From a virus (taxonomy: Duplodnaviria > Caudoviricetes): DNA of 40,225 bases. The stretch lies in IMG/VR virus record IMGVR_UViG_3300031953_000050, positions 1 to 40,225 of that record. The stretch is one strand, 5' to 3'. A model generated the notes under the pieces. It ran no database searches. It saw only the letters and a list, made by a program, of their open reading frames with translations, and was not told the DNA's origin. Numbering within the stretch: the stretch's first letter is position 1; every line of letters starts with the position of its first letter. Made by a program: the position numbers and the translations under genes. This document shows positions 16,281-24,560 of the stretch, piece after piece.

Positions 16281-16619
16281 TTACAAATCCATCCAGCGGC
16301 CCTGATTTAGCCAAACCGCTGGGGCTGGCAGGTACTTATCTTCAACAGTGCGCTTGTAGGTATTACGGTCTAGAAGACTCAGGGTATATTTCTTGGCCCC
16401 TGCTACCAGCTCCTCCTCTGTCGCTGACAGCTCAATTTCCATGAAGCCACCAGAATCCTTATCTACGGTCTTGGTCTTGATGCCCTTTAGGATAGCCTCG
16501 TATTTAGCCTTGGCTAGGGCCTTGCCAACGTGCTTGGGATATGCGCTCCAGAACTCCTCGAAACGGCTTGCGGCAACAGCCTTGGTTGGCTCTGAGAATA
16601 GCTGCAGGACTTGGCTCAT
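16281..16619 (-). CDS. Phage replication-initiator C-terminal-like domain protein (112 aa)
   Basis: FEEFWSAYPKHVGK..A...Y and KYLPAPAVWLNQGRW motifs typical of initiator/replisome-organiser C-termini; no N-terminal wHTH. Confidence 0.7.
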   Translation of the reverse strand: MSQVLQLFSEPTKAVAASRFEEFWSAYPKHVGKALAKAKYEAILKGIKTKTVDKDSGGFMEIELSATEEELVAGAKKYTLSLLDRNTYKRTVEDKYLPAPAVWLNQGRWMDL

Positions 16620-17050
16620 TTCATCTCCAGACGTTTGATTGCTGCCTCATGGCGATGGACTGCCGTGAAGACAGAGCTGTGATCGTTATAGCCAATCTTT
16701 CGGGCTATGTTGGTCAGGCTTACACCCAGCTCCTTATGCAGCCTGTAACAGGCTTCAGAGCGTGCTGGGACGATATGTCGAGAGCGCTTCTTACCATAGA
16801 TATCACTCACATCCAGGCTATGACGATCGGCGGTTTCCCGGACAACTTTGCGGATCAGATCGCTTGGAAGCTCCATGGTGAACGAAAATTCAGGCTCATC
16901 TGGAATTGTGTACGGAACAACCTCAACTTTTGGCGGATCCGGCTCTGGCGGAATGTAAGTCATCTTCGCAGGAAGGGGTCCATAGAGCCGCTTGCGGATG
17001 ATGTCGTAGGTCTGTTCTAGTTTCCCCTCATATGACCCATCATTAAGCAT
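16616..17050 (-). CDS. Stand-alone DnaA domain-IV (Bac_DnaA_C-like) HTH protein (144 aa)
   Basis: DI.GKKRSRHIVPARSEACYRL..ELG.SL..IARKIG..DHSSV..AV resembles the DnaA C-terminal signature. Confidence 0.85.
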   Translation of the reverse strand: MLNDGSYEGKLEQTYDIIRKRLYGPLPAKMTYIPPEPDPPKVEVVPYTIPDEPEFSFTMELPSDLIRKVVRETADRHSLDVSDIYGKKRSRHIVPARSEACYRLHKELGVSLTNIARKIGYNDHSSVFTAVHRHEAAIKRLEMK

Positions 17051-17336
17051 TTACGGCCTCCAGTGCCTTCCGTGCGCCCTCACGCTGCTTGCGATAGAAC
17101 CGGGTGATCATATGGCTTCGATCCGGCTTGTTCTCCCAGATCAGATATTCAGCATCGAACCGGCTAACGGTGGATGCCTTTGGCTTTAGACCAGCCGCGT
17201 AGATATGGCGACGAATGCAGGGATCGCTAAACCCGGTGATGGATACGATCTCATCAACGCTCTTTCCTGCCTTTGTGAGACGAACGAACTCAGAGATATC
17301 CTGCTGGGTTGTGGGCCGACGATAACGCTTGTTCAT
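17043..17336 (-). CDS. HTH DNA-binding protein (97 aa)
   Basis: L..AGKSVDEIVSITGFS..CIRR HTH-like pattern. Confidence 0.6.
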   Translation of the reverse strand: MNKRYRRPTTQQDISEFVRLTKAGKSVDEIVSITGFSDPCIRRHIYAAGLKPKASTVSRFDAEYLIWENKPDRSHMITRFYRKQREGARKALEAVNA

Positions 17337-17569
17337 TAGTTCTCTCCATCATCATTGCCGACAGACCAAGCAGGAACAACCCAAGACGGCTCCTTAACTT
17401 CATACTTAGGCTTAGTTGGTCTCCCACGGTATTTAGGCTTCTGACGGTGCTCCAGAGCCTCCTCGATCAGGATGCTCGTCATTTCGGAGATTGTCCGATC
17501 CTCAACCGAGGCAATCCCCAAGACTTCATCCCGAACGGGCTTCCGAACTGATACTGAAATTCTCTCCAT
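17336..17569 (-). CDS. Ribbon-helix-helix regulator (77 aa)
   Basis: MERISVSV...VRDEV..IA..EDRTISEM..ILIEEAL; RGRP basic patch; AGGAG RBS. Confidence 0.75.
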   Translation of the reverse strand: MERISVSVRKPVRDEVLGIASVEDRTISEMTSILIEEALEHRQKPKYRGRPTKPKYEVKEPSWVVPAWSVGNDDGEN

Positions 17570-17597
17570 GCGCTAACTCCTGTGCTGCATGACAGGA

Positions 17598-17626
17598 AAC
17601 ATAGCGCCGCATATTTTGCGCGTCAA
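17598..17626 (-). promoter_or_regulatory. Sigma70 promoter TTGACG-N17-TATGTT driving the leftward early operon
   Basis: Near-consensus hexamers with 17-nt spacing just upstream of the RHH gene. Confidence 0.75.
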
Positions 17627-17688
17627 CCCATTGCAAATCGAATTCATATGTGCCACCTTTGTTTTGCGGCCTTACGACAAAGGCTTGT

Positions 17689-17717
17689 TTGACAGTCGGT
17701 ATCGACAAAGCAAGATA
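17689..17717 (+). promoter_or_regulatory. Rightward promoter candidate (TTGACA -35) flanked by CGACAAAG repeats
   Basis: Perfect -35 at 17689-17694, weak -10; CGACAAAG occurs on each side. Confidence 0.5.
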
Positions 17718-17823
17718 GCGTTGATTGGGAGGGTGAAATGAACATCGAGGGCTAAAGACCTTCAACCTGAGAGCGTCAATCCCCCGGCGCTCTCTAGCTG
17801 AATGTTAGAGAAGGAGATTTGAG

Positions 17824-18093
17824 ATGATGAATGATATGGAAACTGAAGTGGAGATGCTGCGTAGGCAGCTGCGAGATCGGTGGGATGATACTGCTAAGCT
17901 GGAGGCGGAGTGGTACGGCAATTTCGTTCTGTGCGTCACAATGAGTGTTTGTTTCGTCATGTGTTATTTCTCTGGTCCGCATCCATTCCTTTGGATTTTT
18001 GTGGTTCTAGGGCTTTTCACGGATGGACTAGTTGGGCGAATCCTCCAAAGCCATTTCTCCAAGAAGTATATGAGTTTGGCAAATGGACGGTAA
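17824..18093 (+). CDS. Membrane protein, two TM segments (89 aa)
   Basis: AGAAGGAG RBS; hydrophobic segments. Confidence 0.7.
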   Translation: MMNDMETEVEMLRRQLRDRWDDTAKLEAEWYGNFVLCVTMSVCFVMCYFSGPHPFLWIFVVLGLFTDGLVGRILQSHFSKKYMSLANGR

Positions 18094-18286
18094 GACCAGA
18101 GATGAATACCGAGAGGAAGCCGTACTGTGGCTGCATCGTCAGCGTGAGTATGAGAACCGGATTGATGACGCTAGAACGATTGATGAGGTTTCGGCCTTGG
18201 TAACCGCTAGGCGGTATGCCGAGACCAGAGTTCAATACCTCGCCTCCCTAGCCGGTCTTGAATCTATCGAGGAGCTGGAAGAATGA
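18083..18286 (+). CDS. Hypothetical protein (67 aa)
   Basis: Overlap-coupled on both sides. Confidence 0.7.
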   Translation: MDGKTRDEYREEAVLWLHRQREYENRIDDARTIDEVSALVTARRYAETRVQYLASLAGLESIEELEE

Positions 18287-19104
18287 GTAACCTAGAGCTG
18301 TGGGAGAAGGTCCAGAAAACCGATCCTAAGCATGTGAAAGCCATTACGGGTAAGAGCTATCAGGGGACCTCTCCCAAGCCCCATTACCTTATCCACAAGG
18401 CTACGGAAACCTTTGGGCCTGTAGGCATTGGCTGGGGCTTTCAGATCGTATCTGAGCGTATCGAGGAAGGTGCTGGTGGAGAGAAGATGCACTTCGCCCA
18501 TGTTAGGGTCTGGTATGAATGGCCGAACCGAAATGGGGAATACGTCAAAGGCGAAGTGGAACACGTAGGGGGGACGCAGTTTAGCGGAATCCGGTCGAGT
18601 GGAAAGCCATTCACTGACGAGGATGCGCCGAAGAAGTCTGTGACAGACGCTCTGGTTAAAGCCCTGTCCATGATCGGCTTCGCTGGCGATATCTTCATGG
18701 GCAGGTATGATGACAGCAAATATGTGAATGAGATGCGGCAGGAGTTTTCGGATGAGTCACCGAAGAAACCAGACGAACCAGCTCCCAAGCCCCTTACCGT
18801 TGCAGAGCGTAAAGCTCTATGGGAAGTACTAATGCATGACCTAAAGGCAGAGGCTCCGAAGGGATGGCGGAAGATGGCAGCGTATATTACCGATGCAGAG
18901 ACACAGCGCCTAATTGGCACCTTGGGATCGTACAAGCAGCAGTTCCTGGATGAGGCCCGCGATATCGTTAAGATCGCTCAGGAGGCTGAGAAGGAACTAG
19001 GAGAGCCTGTAGGTGGATTGAAAACCACGCCATATAATTTTGACCATCTTGATAGCAGCAGCACAGTCGGGGATATGCTCGACGCAACGGAGAATGCAGA
19101 ATGA
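18283..19104 (+). CDS. Sak/Rad52-like single-strand annealing recombinase (273 aa)
   Basis: ATETFGPVGIGWG...DEDAPKKSVTDAL.KALSMIGFAGDIFMG.YDD.KY; followed by an SSB-like gene. Confidence 0.8.
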   Translation: MSNLELWEKVQKTDPKHVKAITGKSYQGTSPKPHYLIHKATETFGPVGIGWGFQIVSERIEEGAGGEKMHFAHVRVWYEWPNRNGEYVKGEVEHVGGTQFSGIRSSGKPFTDEDAPKKSVTDALVKALSMIGFAGDIFMGRYDDSKYVNEMRQEFSDESPKKPDEPAPKPLTVAERKALWEVLMHDLKAEAPKGWRKMAAYITDAETQRLIGTLGSYKQQFLDEARDIVKIAQEAEKELGEPVGGLKTTPYNFDHLDSSSTVGDMLDATENAE

Positions 19105-19373
19105 GTGATCGAATGGACGCCCTTACGGTACGGGAAGACAAGAATGGGAAGGGCTGGTTTACGAAGATTGGTAGTGCATTCCCAACGCGTGATGGGCTTG
19201 GGTATTCGGTGCTGCTGGATGCCATGCCAGCGAGCGTGGATGGCCAGTACAAGATCATCCTCACCGTTCCTAAGCCCAAGGACAATGACCGTCCAAGCAG
19301 CGGGAATACCGGTGGAGGTCGGAATTCTGATCCAGATGACTCTGACATTCCGTTTAGTCCACAGGTGGATTGA
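19101..19373 (+). CDS. SSB-like protein (90 aa)
   Basis: WFTKIGSAF...GYSV.LDAMP core, G-rich linker, acidic DDSDIPF near the C-terminus. Confidence 0.7.
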   Translation: MSDRMDALTVREDKNGKGWFTKIGSAFPTRDGLGYSVLLDAMPASVDGQYKIILTVPKPKDNDRPSSGNTGGGRNSDPDDSDIPFSPQVD

Positions 19374-19762
19374 TGAATTTCCAGCCAGAGCTAGGGCAAA
19401 TGATCTTTGGTCAGCCCCACAAGGAACATGCAGTTCCGGAAATTATGGAAGCTGTCCTAATCTTCCTGAGATACAGGTTGGGAACAGTTCTATGGAATCT
19501 GAATCAAAAGGAGATGGACGACCCATTTGGAAACTCCGGTGCTGACTTCTCGAACGAAACATTCCAGGTTCAAGCTTATAGCTGGAATGAAAACATCGAC
19601 CAGCCATGGAATTTTAAGTGGGGCGATGTTGAGGTAAGTTGGTACAAATACCTAGGCAGGGGGATGATCGCCAATGTTGAGATATCCCCTAACCTAGCGA
19701 GTGAGTGCCTAAAGTCCTGCCTTGCAAGCCTTAAGCGAATGGACAGCAAGGATCATGGATAA
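19370..19762 (+). CDS. Hypothetical protein (130 aa)
   Basis: Coupled ORF; PWNFKW...SWYKYLGRG motif. Confidence 0.75.
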   Translation: MMNFQPELGQMIFGQPHKEHAVPEIMEAVLIFLRYRLGTVLWNLNQKEMDDPFGNSGADFSNETFQVQAYSWNENIDQPWNFKWGDVEVSWYKYLGRGMIANVEISPNLASECLKSCLASLKRMDSKDHG

Positions 19763-20183
19763 GCAGCGCTATTGGCTATCGAGCCAGACAGTGCGGGATA
19801 AGGTGTGCTGGCAAGTCCGCGCGGCTCCAGATGGTTCTGTTGTGGAAATCAAAGACCCTAAGCGGTCTGAAGACCAGTCAGCACACTTCCACGCCATCTG
19901 TGGAGATATCGCAAAGTCCGATATGAAATGGGCAGGAAAGAAACGAACGGCTGCTGAATGGAAGCGACTGTTGGTTTCCGCCCACGCTGTAGCCACAGAG
20001 GAGCCTGCTGAGTTCGTTGCTGGAATCGAAGGTGAGATTGTGAATGTCAGGGAGTCAACGGCCCTCATGAGCGTCCGTAGGGCATCTAGCCTCATTGAGT
20101 ATTGCATAGCCTTCGCAACGACAAATGGGGTTGAGCTGCATGACCAAACCTATTCGCAGTACGAAGCTACGAAAACACGCTGA
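19755..20183 (+). CDS. ninB: NinB/Orf-family recombination protein
   Basis: KRSEDQ.AHFHA...DIAK...W.G......EWK.L, G..G......ST..MS......LIEY..AF....GV. Confidence 0.85.
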   Translation: MDKQRYWLSSQTVRDKVCWQVRAAPDGSVVEIKDPKRSEDQSAHFHAICGDIAKSDMKWAGKKRTAAEWKRLLVSAHAVATEEPAEFVAGIEGEIVNVRESTALMSVRRASSLIEYCIAFATTNGVELHDQTYSQYEATKTR

Positions 20184-20574
20184 GGGAAAGCTCTGTACTC
20201 TACGCTTTGAGGGATGTGATGGAGGCGGAGAAACAACGGTACTGGCGCACATCCGCGATAGGCATAAAGGCGCAGGCGTTAAGGCTAGCGATCTATCGGC
20301 CTGCTATGCCTGCTACTCGTGCCACGACCTACTAGACCATCATCCGCACAAGATTGATCCGGCTGAGTTCTATTTCCACCAGCTCAGGGCGCTCCAGGAA
20401 ACGCTGGAGATATTGCATGGGGACGGATTGCTTGTGGTGCCGATTGATTCGGTAGAACAAATGATGGATAGGCCGGTAAAGGAACGAAAACCCAAGGAAC
20501 AACGGGGTAAAATCCCATCAAGACCTAATGTATGGGGTAAGGGGAGAGGATTTCCTAAGAGATCAGGTGCGTAA
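20140..20574 (+). CDS. DUF1364 (YbcO-like) nuclease-domain protein
   Basis: RS.KLRK.A.G..CTLR..GC......TVLAHIR...G.G.K.SD...CYAC..CHD.LD. Confidence 0.82.
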   Translation: MTKPIRSTKLRKHAEGKLCTLRFEGCDGGGETTVLAHIRDRHKGAGVKASDLSACYACYSCHDLLDHHPHKIDPAEFYFHQLRALQETLEILHGDGLLVVPIDSVEQMMDRPVKERKPKEQRGKIPSRPNVWGKGRGFPKRSGA

Positions 20575-20603
20575 TTATTTTGTTCGACTGTCGATTTTAA
20601 TGC

Positions 20604-20631
20604 TTGCAATCTATATTATGTCGTGTAAATT
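20604..20631 (+). promoter_or_regulatory. AT-rich promoter candidate TTGCAA-N16-TAAATT
   Basis: AT-rich intergenic gap upstream of an RBS-bearing ORF. Confidence 0.5.
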
Positions 20632-20655
20632 AATAATCACAAACGGAGAGAAGAA

Positions 20656-20829
20656 ATGACCACAGAAGCCAAGCAGACAAAAATCCTTGCAGCAATCGAA
20701 AATCGTGGTTGGTTCACTGCTGAAATTTACTGGAAAGAAGCAAACGGCCTAAAGACCTCTGGTCAGATCAAGATGGGCGACCGTTACGTTCTGGGCGGTA
20801 ACGTCAAGCGAGTATGGGTGGCTGCATAA
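20656..20829 (+). CDS. Small hypothetical protein (57 aa, MTTEAKQTKILAAIENRGWF...)
   Basis: Below the track cutoff; GGAGAG RBS, promoter upstream. Confidence 0.75.
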   Translation: MTTEAKQTKILAAIENRGWFTAEIYWKEANGLKTSGQIKMGDRYVLGGNVKRVWVAA

Positions 20830-20895
20830 AAATCGACAGATTTGGTAGGCCACCAAAGAGAACTAGAGGACGGACCTGCAAAGTAGAGAGTAAAG

Positions 20896-21384
20896 ATGAA
20901 GATTGTAAAATCAAATTATCAAGAGAGGCTTCTGGCCCTGAAATTGGCAGGGGTTCCTGAGCTAAACGATGGCGTTTGGACGGGAGATTTTGATATCGAT
21001 GATATCGTGCCGATTGTAGAGAGAATGTGGAGCGAAAGAAGTGAGAAGTTTCCATCTAGGGTGACAGACGAGATGGTGGAGGCGGCTGCGCGTGCGATCT
21101 GCGTGGCTCAGGGATACGACAAGAACGAGCTGGATGATATCGGCTCACTTTCGAGTTTGCCTCTATGGATGGACAAGAAAAGTTCGGCCAATGCTGCCCT
21201 TGAAGCCGCCGCCAATGTCCGTACGACCAACGCCTCATCAGGTTCTAGAATGACGGATCAACTAAAGCGGGTTCGAGGTAGGCCCCGTAACGGCTTCGAC
21301 AAGAAACAATATGACCGAAACCGCATGAAGCGCATTCGCGCAGCAGAGAAGGAGAATAAAAGTGGGAAATCAATACCGGAATAA
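20896..21384 (+). CDS. Mosaic hypothetical protein with VTDEMVEAA module and basic RGRPR tail (162 aa)
   Basis: ORF track; AT-hook-like C-terminus. Confidence 0.6.
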   Translation: MKIVKSNYQERLLALKLAGVPELNDGVWTGDFDIDDIVPIVERMWSERSEKFPSRVTDEMVEAAARAICVAQGYDKNELDDIGSLSSLPLWMDKKSSANAALEAAANVRTTNASSGSRMTDQLKRVRGRPRNGFDKKQYDRNRMKRIRAAEKENKSGKSIPE

Positions 21385-21637
21385 AGCCACAGAGGCAGCT
21401 AAGGAAGCTACAACCCAATCCCTAGCCAAGGTCGTATCAGTACAGCAGAGCGTAACGAGCCATTCGGCTGCTGACCGGTCGTTCTACTCGGGTCGGGATA
21501 CAGAGGCATATCATCGTATCCTGGAGATTGATGGTATTCTCGATGCGCTAACCCGCGAGAAGCAGGATTTGGAAACCTGCCGCAAGGTCTACGCCTTCGC
21601 AGCCGAGACATTTGATCCGAGGGAGAATCGGCTATGA
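21362..21637 (+). CDS. Hypothetical protein (91 aa)
   Basis: AAGGAG RBS, GTG start. Confidence 0.7.
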   Translation: MGNQYRNKATEAAKEATTQSLAKVVSVQQSVTSHSAADRSFYSGRDTEAYHRILEIDGILDALTREKQDLETCRKVYAFAAETFDPRENRL

Positions 21638-21882
21638 CAATCACCATCAAGGAGAACCTGATGGCAGACTCAGAGACGACATGTAGACCAACCCGAGTCC
21701 CCGGACATAAATGCACTGGTGTTCGTGTGGCTTACGAGGCGACATGCGAGTGTGGATGGCGCGGTGATTTTAACTATGGCGGAAAGTTCGGAAATGGTGG
21801 CCGTGCCGCCGCTTACCAGGAATGGCGAACTCATGTTGAGAAATGCAGTGTGGCCGGCAAGGAAGGAGGCAATACAAAGTGA
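21634..21882 (+). CDS. Small Cys/His (zinc-finger-like) protein
   Basis: H...C.CGW...W..H pattern. Confidence 0.6.
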   Translation: MTITIKENLMADSETTCRPTRVPGHKCTGVRVAYEATCECGWRGDFNYGGKFGNGGRAAAYQEWRTHVEKCSVAGKEGGNTK

Positions 21883-22094
21883 TCAGTTTTCTGTTGAGCC
21901 TATTCCCCCGCAAGGCCCTGCAACAGGCCTTATTCTCACAGTATCGGCGCTCCTTGCCTCGGCACCAACGTATCTGTCTGGACTATTGGGGGACGCCTGG
22001 GAAGGACACCGGGCACCACCCCTTTCAATGGGCGGATGACTTAACAGTTGTGGATGCCTCCGCCCACGCCGCACTCACGAGGTCGCCAGAATGA
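21879..22094 (+). CDS. Hypothetical protein (GTG start, ends AALTRSPE)
   Basis: GTGA and ATGA overlaps, AAGGAGG RBS. Confidence 0.5.
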   Translation: MISFLLSLFPRKALQQALFSQYRRSLPRHQRICLDYWGTPGKDTGHHPFQWADDLTVVDASAHAALTRSPE

Positions 22095-22270
22095 CCCAAG
22101 AGAAACTCATCACCGTCAAATTCACCCAGGCCGAGCTTTTCGAGCTCGATAGCATGATGGCTAATGGCGTCTGCGACTTCGAGCACCCCGACAACAAGGT
22201 CGCCCGATCAGCCTACAACAAGATCGGCGATGCCTGGTCGAAGTCAATGCGAAAGGTAGAAAAGCCATGA
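22091..22270 (+). CDS. Small hypothetical protein (59 aa, MTQEKLITVKFTQAELFELD...)
   Basis: ATGA overlaps at both ends; GAGG RBS. Confidence 0.7.
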   Translation: MTQEKLITVKFTQAELFELDSMMANGVCDFEHPDNKVARSAYNKIGDAWSKSMRKVEKP

Positions 22271-23049
22271 CCGAGACAGTGGAACTCAAGCCATGGCCTC
22301 TGGTTGGATATGCGCCGGGCAATTATTCATGTGTCTGCGGCAGCTGCCAAAAGGAGTTCGTTGGAGACAAGCGCGCATGGCAATGCCTCGAATGCGCGGC
22401 CATCTCCGCCAAGTCCGCCCTCACCCGCTCCGATCCTGCTGTCAGGGATAGGGTGAAGCCGCTGGAGTGGCGGAAGCTAGGCTGGACAGAAGCCTTAGCA
22501 GATCCCGATGGGCTTGGCGTCTGGTACGCCATCAATGCGCTTGATCCGAGGGAACGAACCACTCTCACCGCCGCCCTCCGCACGTCCCCGCCCGAACCAG
22601 CGTTGGATACAGATCAGGCCCCCATCCATATCCAACACAGCGTTGATTATGGCTTGGTGACAGACGAGATGGTCGATGCTGCGGAGGCCGTCCTCAAGGA
22701 ATGGAAGATGGTCAATGGCGTGCGAACTGCTGCACGGCTGGCCCTCACCGCAGCCCTCCGCACGTCCCCGCCCGAACCAGCGTCGGGACTTCCAACGCAT
22801 CTGCACAAAAAGCGCGGCACCGAATACGAACTGATCGGCATCGGCAAGATGCAGGCCAAGGATTGGCATGAAATGATCTTAGGTGTCGGGCATGTTTCCT
22901 TGGACGATCTGCCATCCGTGGACATGCGTGATGTCGCAATCTACCGCGGCGCCACCGATCCAACCGAAATCTGGGTTCGCCCTCGTGAAGAGTTCGAGGA
23001 CGGACGGTTTGAACTACTCCCTACCCCTCCGGCCAAGGAGCCACAATGA
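22267..23049 (+). CDS. Mosaic multi-module phage protein (260 aa) with CxxC..CxxC N-terminus and DUF1653-like C-terminal module
   Basis: GYAPGNY.C.C..C...F.GDKRA..C..CA; HKKRGTEY...WVRP.EEF.DGRF; internal repeat. Confidence 0.75.
   Translation: MTETVELKPWPLVGYAPGNYSCVCGSCQKEFVGDKRAWQCLECAAISAKSALTRSDPAVRDRVKPLEWRKLGWTEALADPDGLGVWYAINALDPRERTTLTAALRTSPPEPALDTDQAPIHIQHSVDYGLVTDEMVDAAEAVLKEWKMVNGVRTAARLALTAALRTSPPEPASGLPTHLHKKRGTEYELIGIGKMQAKDWHEMILGVGHVSLDDLPSVDMRDVAIYRGATDPTEIWVRPREEFEDGRFELLPTPPAKEPQ
22564..22783 (+). repeat. 40-bp direct repeat (22564-22603 and 22744-22783), one mismatch, 180 bp apart
   Basis: CTCACCGC(C/A)GCCCTCCGCACGTCCCCGCCCGAACCAGCGT; encodes LTAALRTSPPEPA twice. Confidence 0.95.
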
Positions 23050-23231
23050 AAAAGCTCACGAAGGCGCAGGACGGATTGCAGGCAATTATCGCGCGTGCTG
23101 CAATCTCGGTTGCTGAACGACATCCAACCCGGCGCGGCCCTTGGATTTTTGACGAACAAGAGCTGCAGAAAACGGCCAATATGGCCAGAGCGTTCCTCAC
23201 CTCCAACCAGGAGGGCAACGATGAAGCCTGA
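23046..23231 (+). CDS. Hypothetical protein (61 aa)
   Basis: AAGGAG RBS, ATGA overlap. Confidence 0.65.
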   Translation: MKKLTKAQDGLQAIIARAAISVAERHPTRRGPWIFDEQELQKTANMARAFLTSNQEGNDEA

Positions 23232-23241
23232 GTATATTTCT

Positions 23242-23757
23242 CTAGAATATCCGGTTCAGGAAACCAGCAATCGCACCGGCCTTTGAAATAAGAACCGGCC
23301 ATATAGCGCTTGCGAACACGGCTACGGCGGTAAATCCACCAGTGACTATGGCAACCCCACGGCTGGGCCTCTCGCCCTCTGTGCGGGTTGCTATAACGGC
23401 TAGGAACAGGGATATGAACAGGCCGTAGGTAATAGCTGCTGAGATTGGTTTATCAATAAGCCAGTCAGGGCGATCCAGACGAATGAAGGTTACTTGATAC
23501 AGCCGACCGAACATCAAGAATAGGGCCATGACGACGATAGCCAGAATCCCCTGCTCATAGGGCTGAGATGCACCATTGAGGTATACGCGAGCTGCCGTCT
23601 GCCCCCATCGATAAACAGTGAAGCCGCAAGCGACGATCAGCAGCGCTGATGCTATCTCCACCATCTGATCGGATGGTAGGAAAAATGATGGGATAACAAA
23701 TGCCAGGATCATCAGGAAGGTGTAGCCAAGAGCTTTCCAAACCGGTCTTTTAAACAT
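23242..23757 (-). CDS. Polytopic membrane protein (171 aa) at the end of the lysis cassette
   Basis: About five hydrophobic helices. Confidence 0.75.
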   Translation of the reverse strand: MFKRPVWKALGYTFLMILAFVIPSFFLPSDQMVEIASALLIVACGFTVYRWGQTAARVYLNGASQPYEQGILAIVVMALFLMFGRLYQVTFIRLDRPDWLIDKPISAAITYGLFISLFLAVIATRTEGERPSRGVAIVTGGFTAVAVFASAIWPVLISKAGAIAGFLNRIF

Positions 23758-23905
23758 GCTTGGCTCTTTCCTCCAACATGCGTTTCATCAAATTCTCTAA
23801 ATGAATACGCTCGCGGTCCAGCTCGATTATTTTCACAGCGAGACGCCCCCGAACCTTACGGGTTTCCTCTGCCGTCTCGTCGTTCTTCCGCTTCCATCCG
23901 AACAT
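23750..23905 (-). CDS. Small basic/coiled-coil protein (51 aa, MFGWKRK...)
   Basis: GAGGA RBS before the ATG at 23905. Confidence 0.6.
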   Translation of the reverse strand: MFGWKRKNDETAEETRKVRGRLAVKIIELDRERIHLENLMKRMLEERAKHV

Positions 23906-23910
23906 TCCTC

Positions 23911-24144
23911 TTACCCTCTGTTCTGGGAGTTGAGGTGAGTTATAGTCGCCTTGACGGTTTCTAAAGCCGTGGTAATCGACGTAATGGAATTGTTCGACTC
24001 TACCCGCCATAATCCATGCAACTCATCTATGCGCCGATAGAGGCCAACAATGTGGCGGGCCATCAAACCAATTACGATTCCCAGAACCACGATGGCCGCA
24101 CCGGGCGGACCTAGTCCCAAGAATATGCTTGTCGCCTCCTCCAT
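23911..24144 (-). CDS. Single-TM protein, holin/antiholin-like (77 aa)
   Basis: N-terminal TM plus coiled coil; located in the lysis cluster. Confidence 0.6.
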   Translation of the reverse strand: MEEATSIFLGLGPPGAAIVVLGIVIGLMARHIVGLYRRIDELHGLWRVESNNSITSITTALETVKATITHLNSQNRG

Positions 24145-24345
24145 TCAAGGCTGCTTCCAGCCACAAATCTTGATCCCGGATTCATTCAGTACAACCAGCT
24201 GCTCCTTCTCATCTCTCGTCCAGCGCTCGCTAGCGCCCTTAGAGGTAATGAATGGACCTGTGGTGCATAGAGAGCCAGTACGGGTGCTAGAACAAGCCCC
24301 CAAGACGATACATGCGATAATGGCGAGTGCTACTGACTTCCCCAT
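24145..24345 (-). CDS. o-spanin-like lipoprotein (66 aa)
   Basis: Signal peptide with LGAC lipobox, extra Cys residues, overlaps the i-spanin 3' end. Confidence 0.75.
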   Translation of the reverse strand: MGKSVALAIIACIVLGACSSTRTGSLCTTGPFITSKGASERWTRDEKEQLVVLNESGIKICGWKQP

Positions 24346-24560
24346 TTCCGAAACCTCGCTTCCAGGGATTCATCCGAATCCGATTTCACATCGTTCCGTA
24401 CCGTAGTAACGGTTTCAGCGGCCTTCTGGTCTGCCTTGCGCTGCTTTTCTTTTTCAGCATCAGACCCAGACTTGCGGGCGAAGAACGCGATGATCGCAAT
24501 GGCGGCGGCACCAAGACCACCAAGGATGAGATTCATATTCCCAAAAATGAGATCAAGCAT
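24330..24560 (-). CDS. i-spanin-like protein (76 aa)
   Basis: N-terminal TM plus charged coiled coil, upstream of the lipoprotein. Confidence 0.7.
   Translation of the reverse strand: MLDLIFGNMNLILGGLGAAAIAIIAFFARKSGSDAEKEKQRKADQKAAETVTTVRNDVKSDSDESLEARFRKWGSQ

Noticed and set aside
15985-16305. 106-aa + strand ORF in the structured gap
   Set aside because: TTG start without a clear RBS, opposite to the flanking genes, no protein motif; hairpins and promoters explain the region better. Not fully excluded.
18389-18397. Perfect DnaA box TTATCCACA
   Set aside because: The only perfect copy I noticed, inside the recombinase CDS with no cluster; compatible with chance in 40 kb.
22564-22783. Mini CRISPR array
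   Set aside because: Only two repeats, with a 140-bp in-frame coding spacer, and no cas genes.
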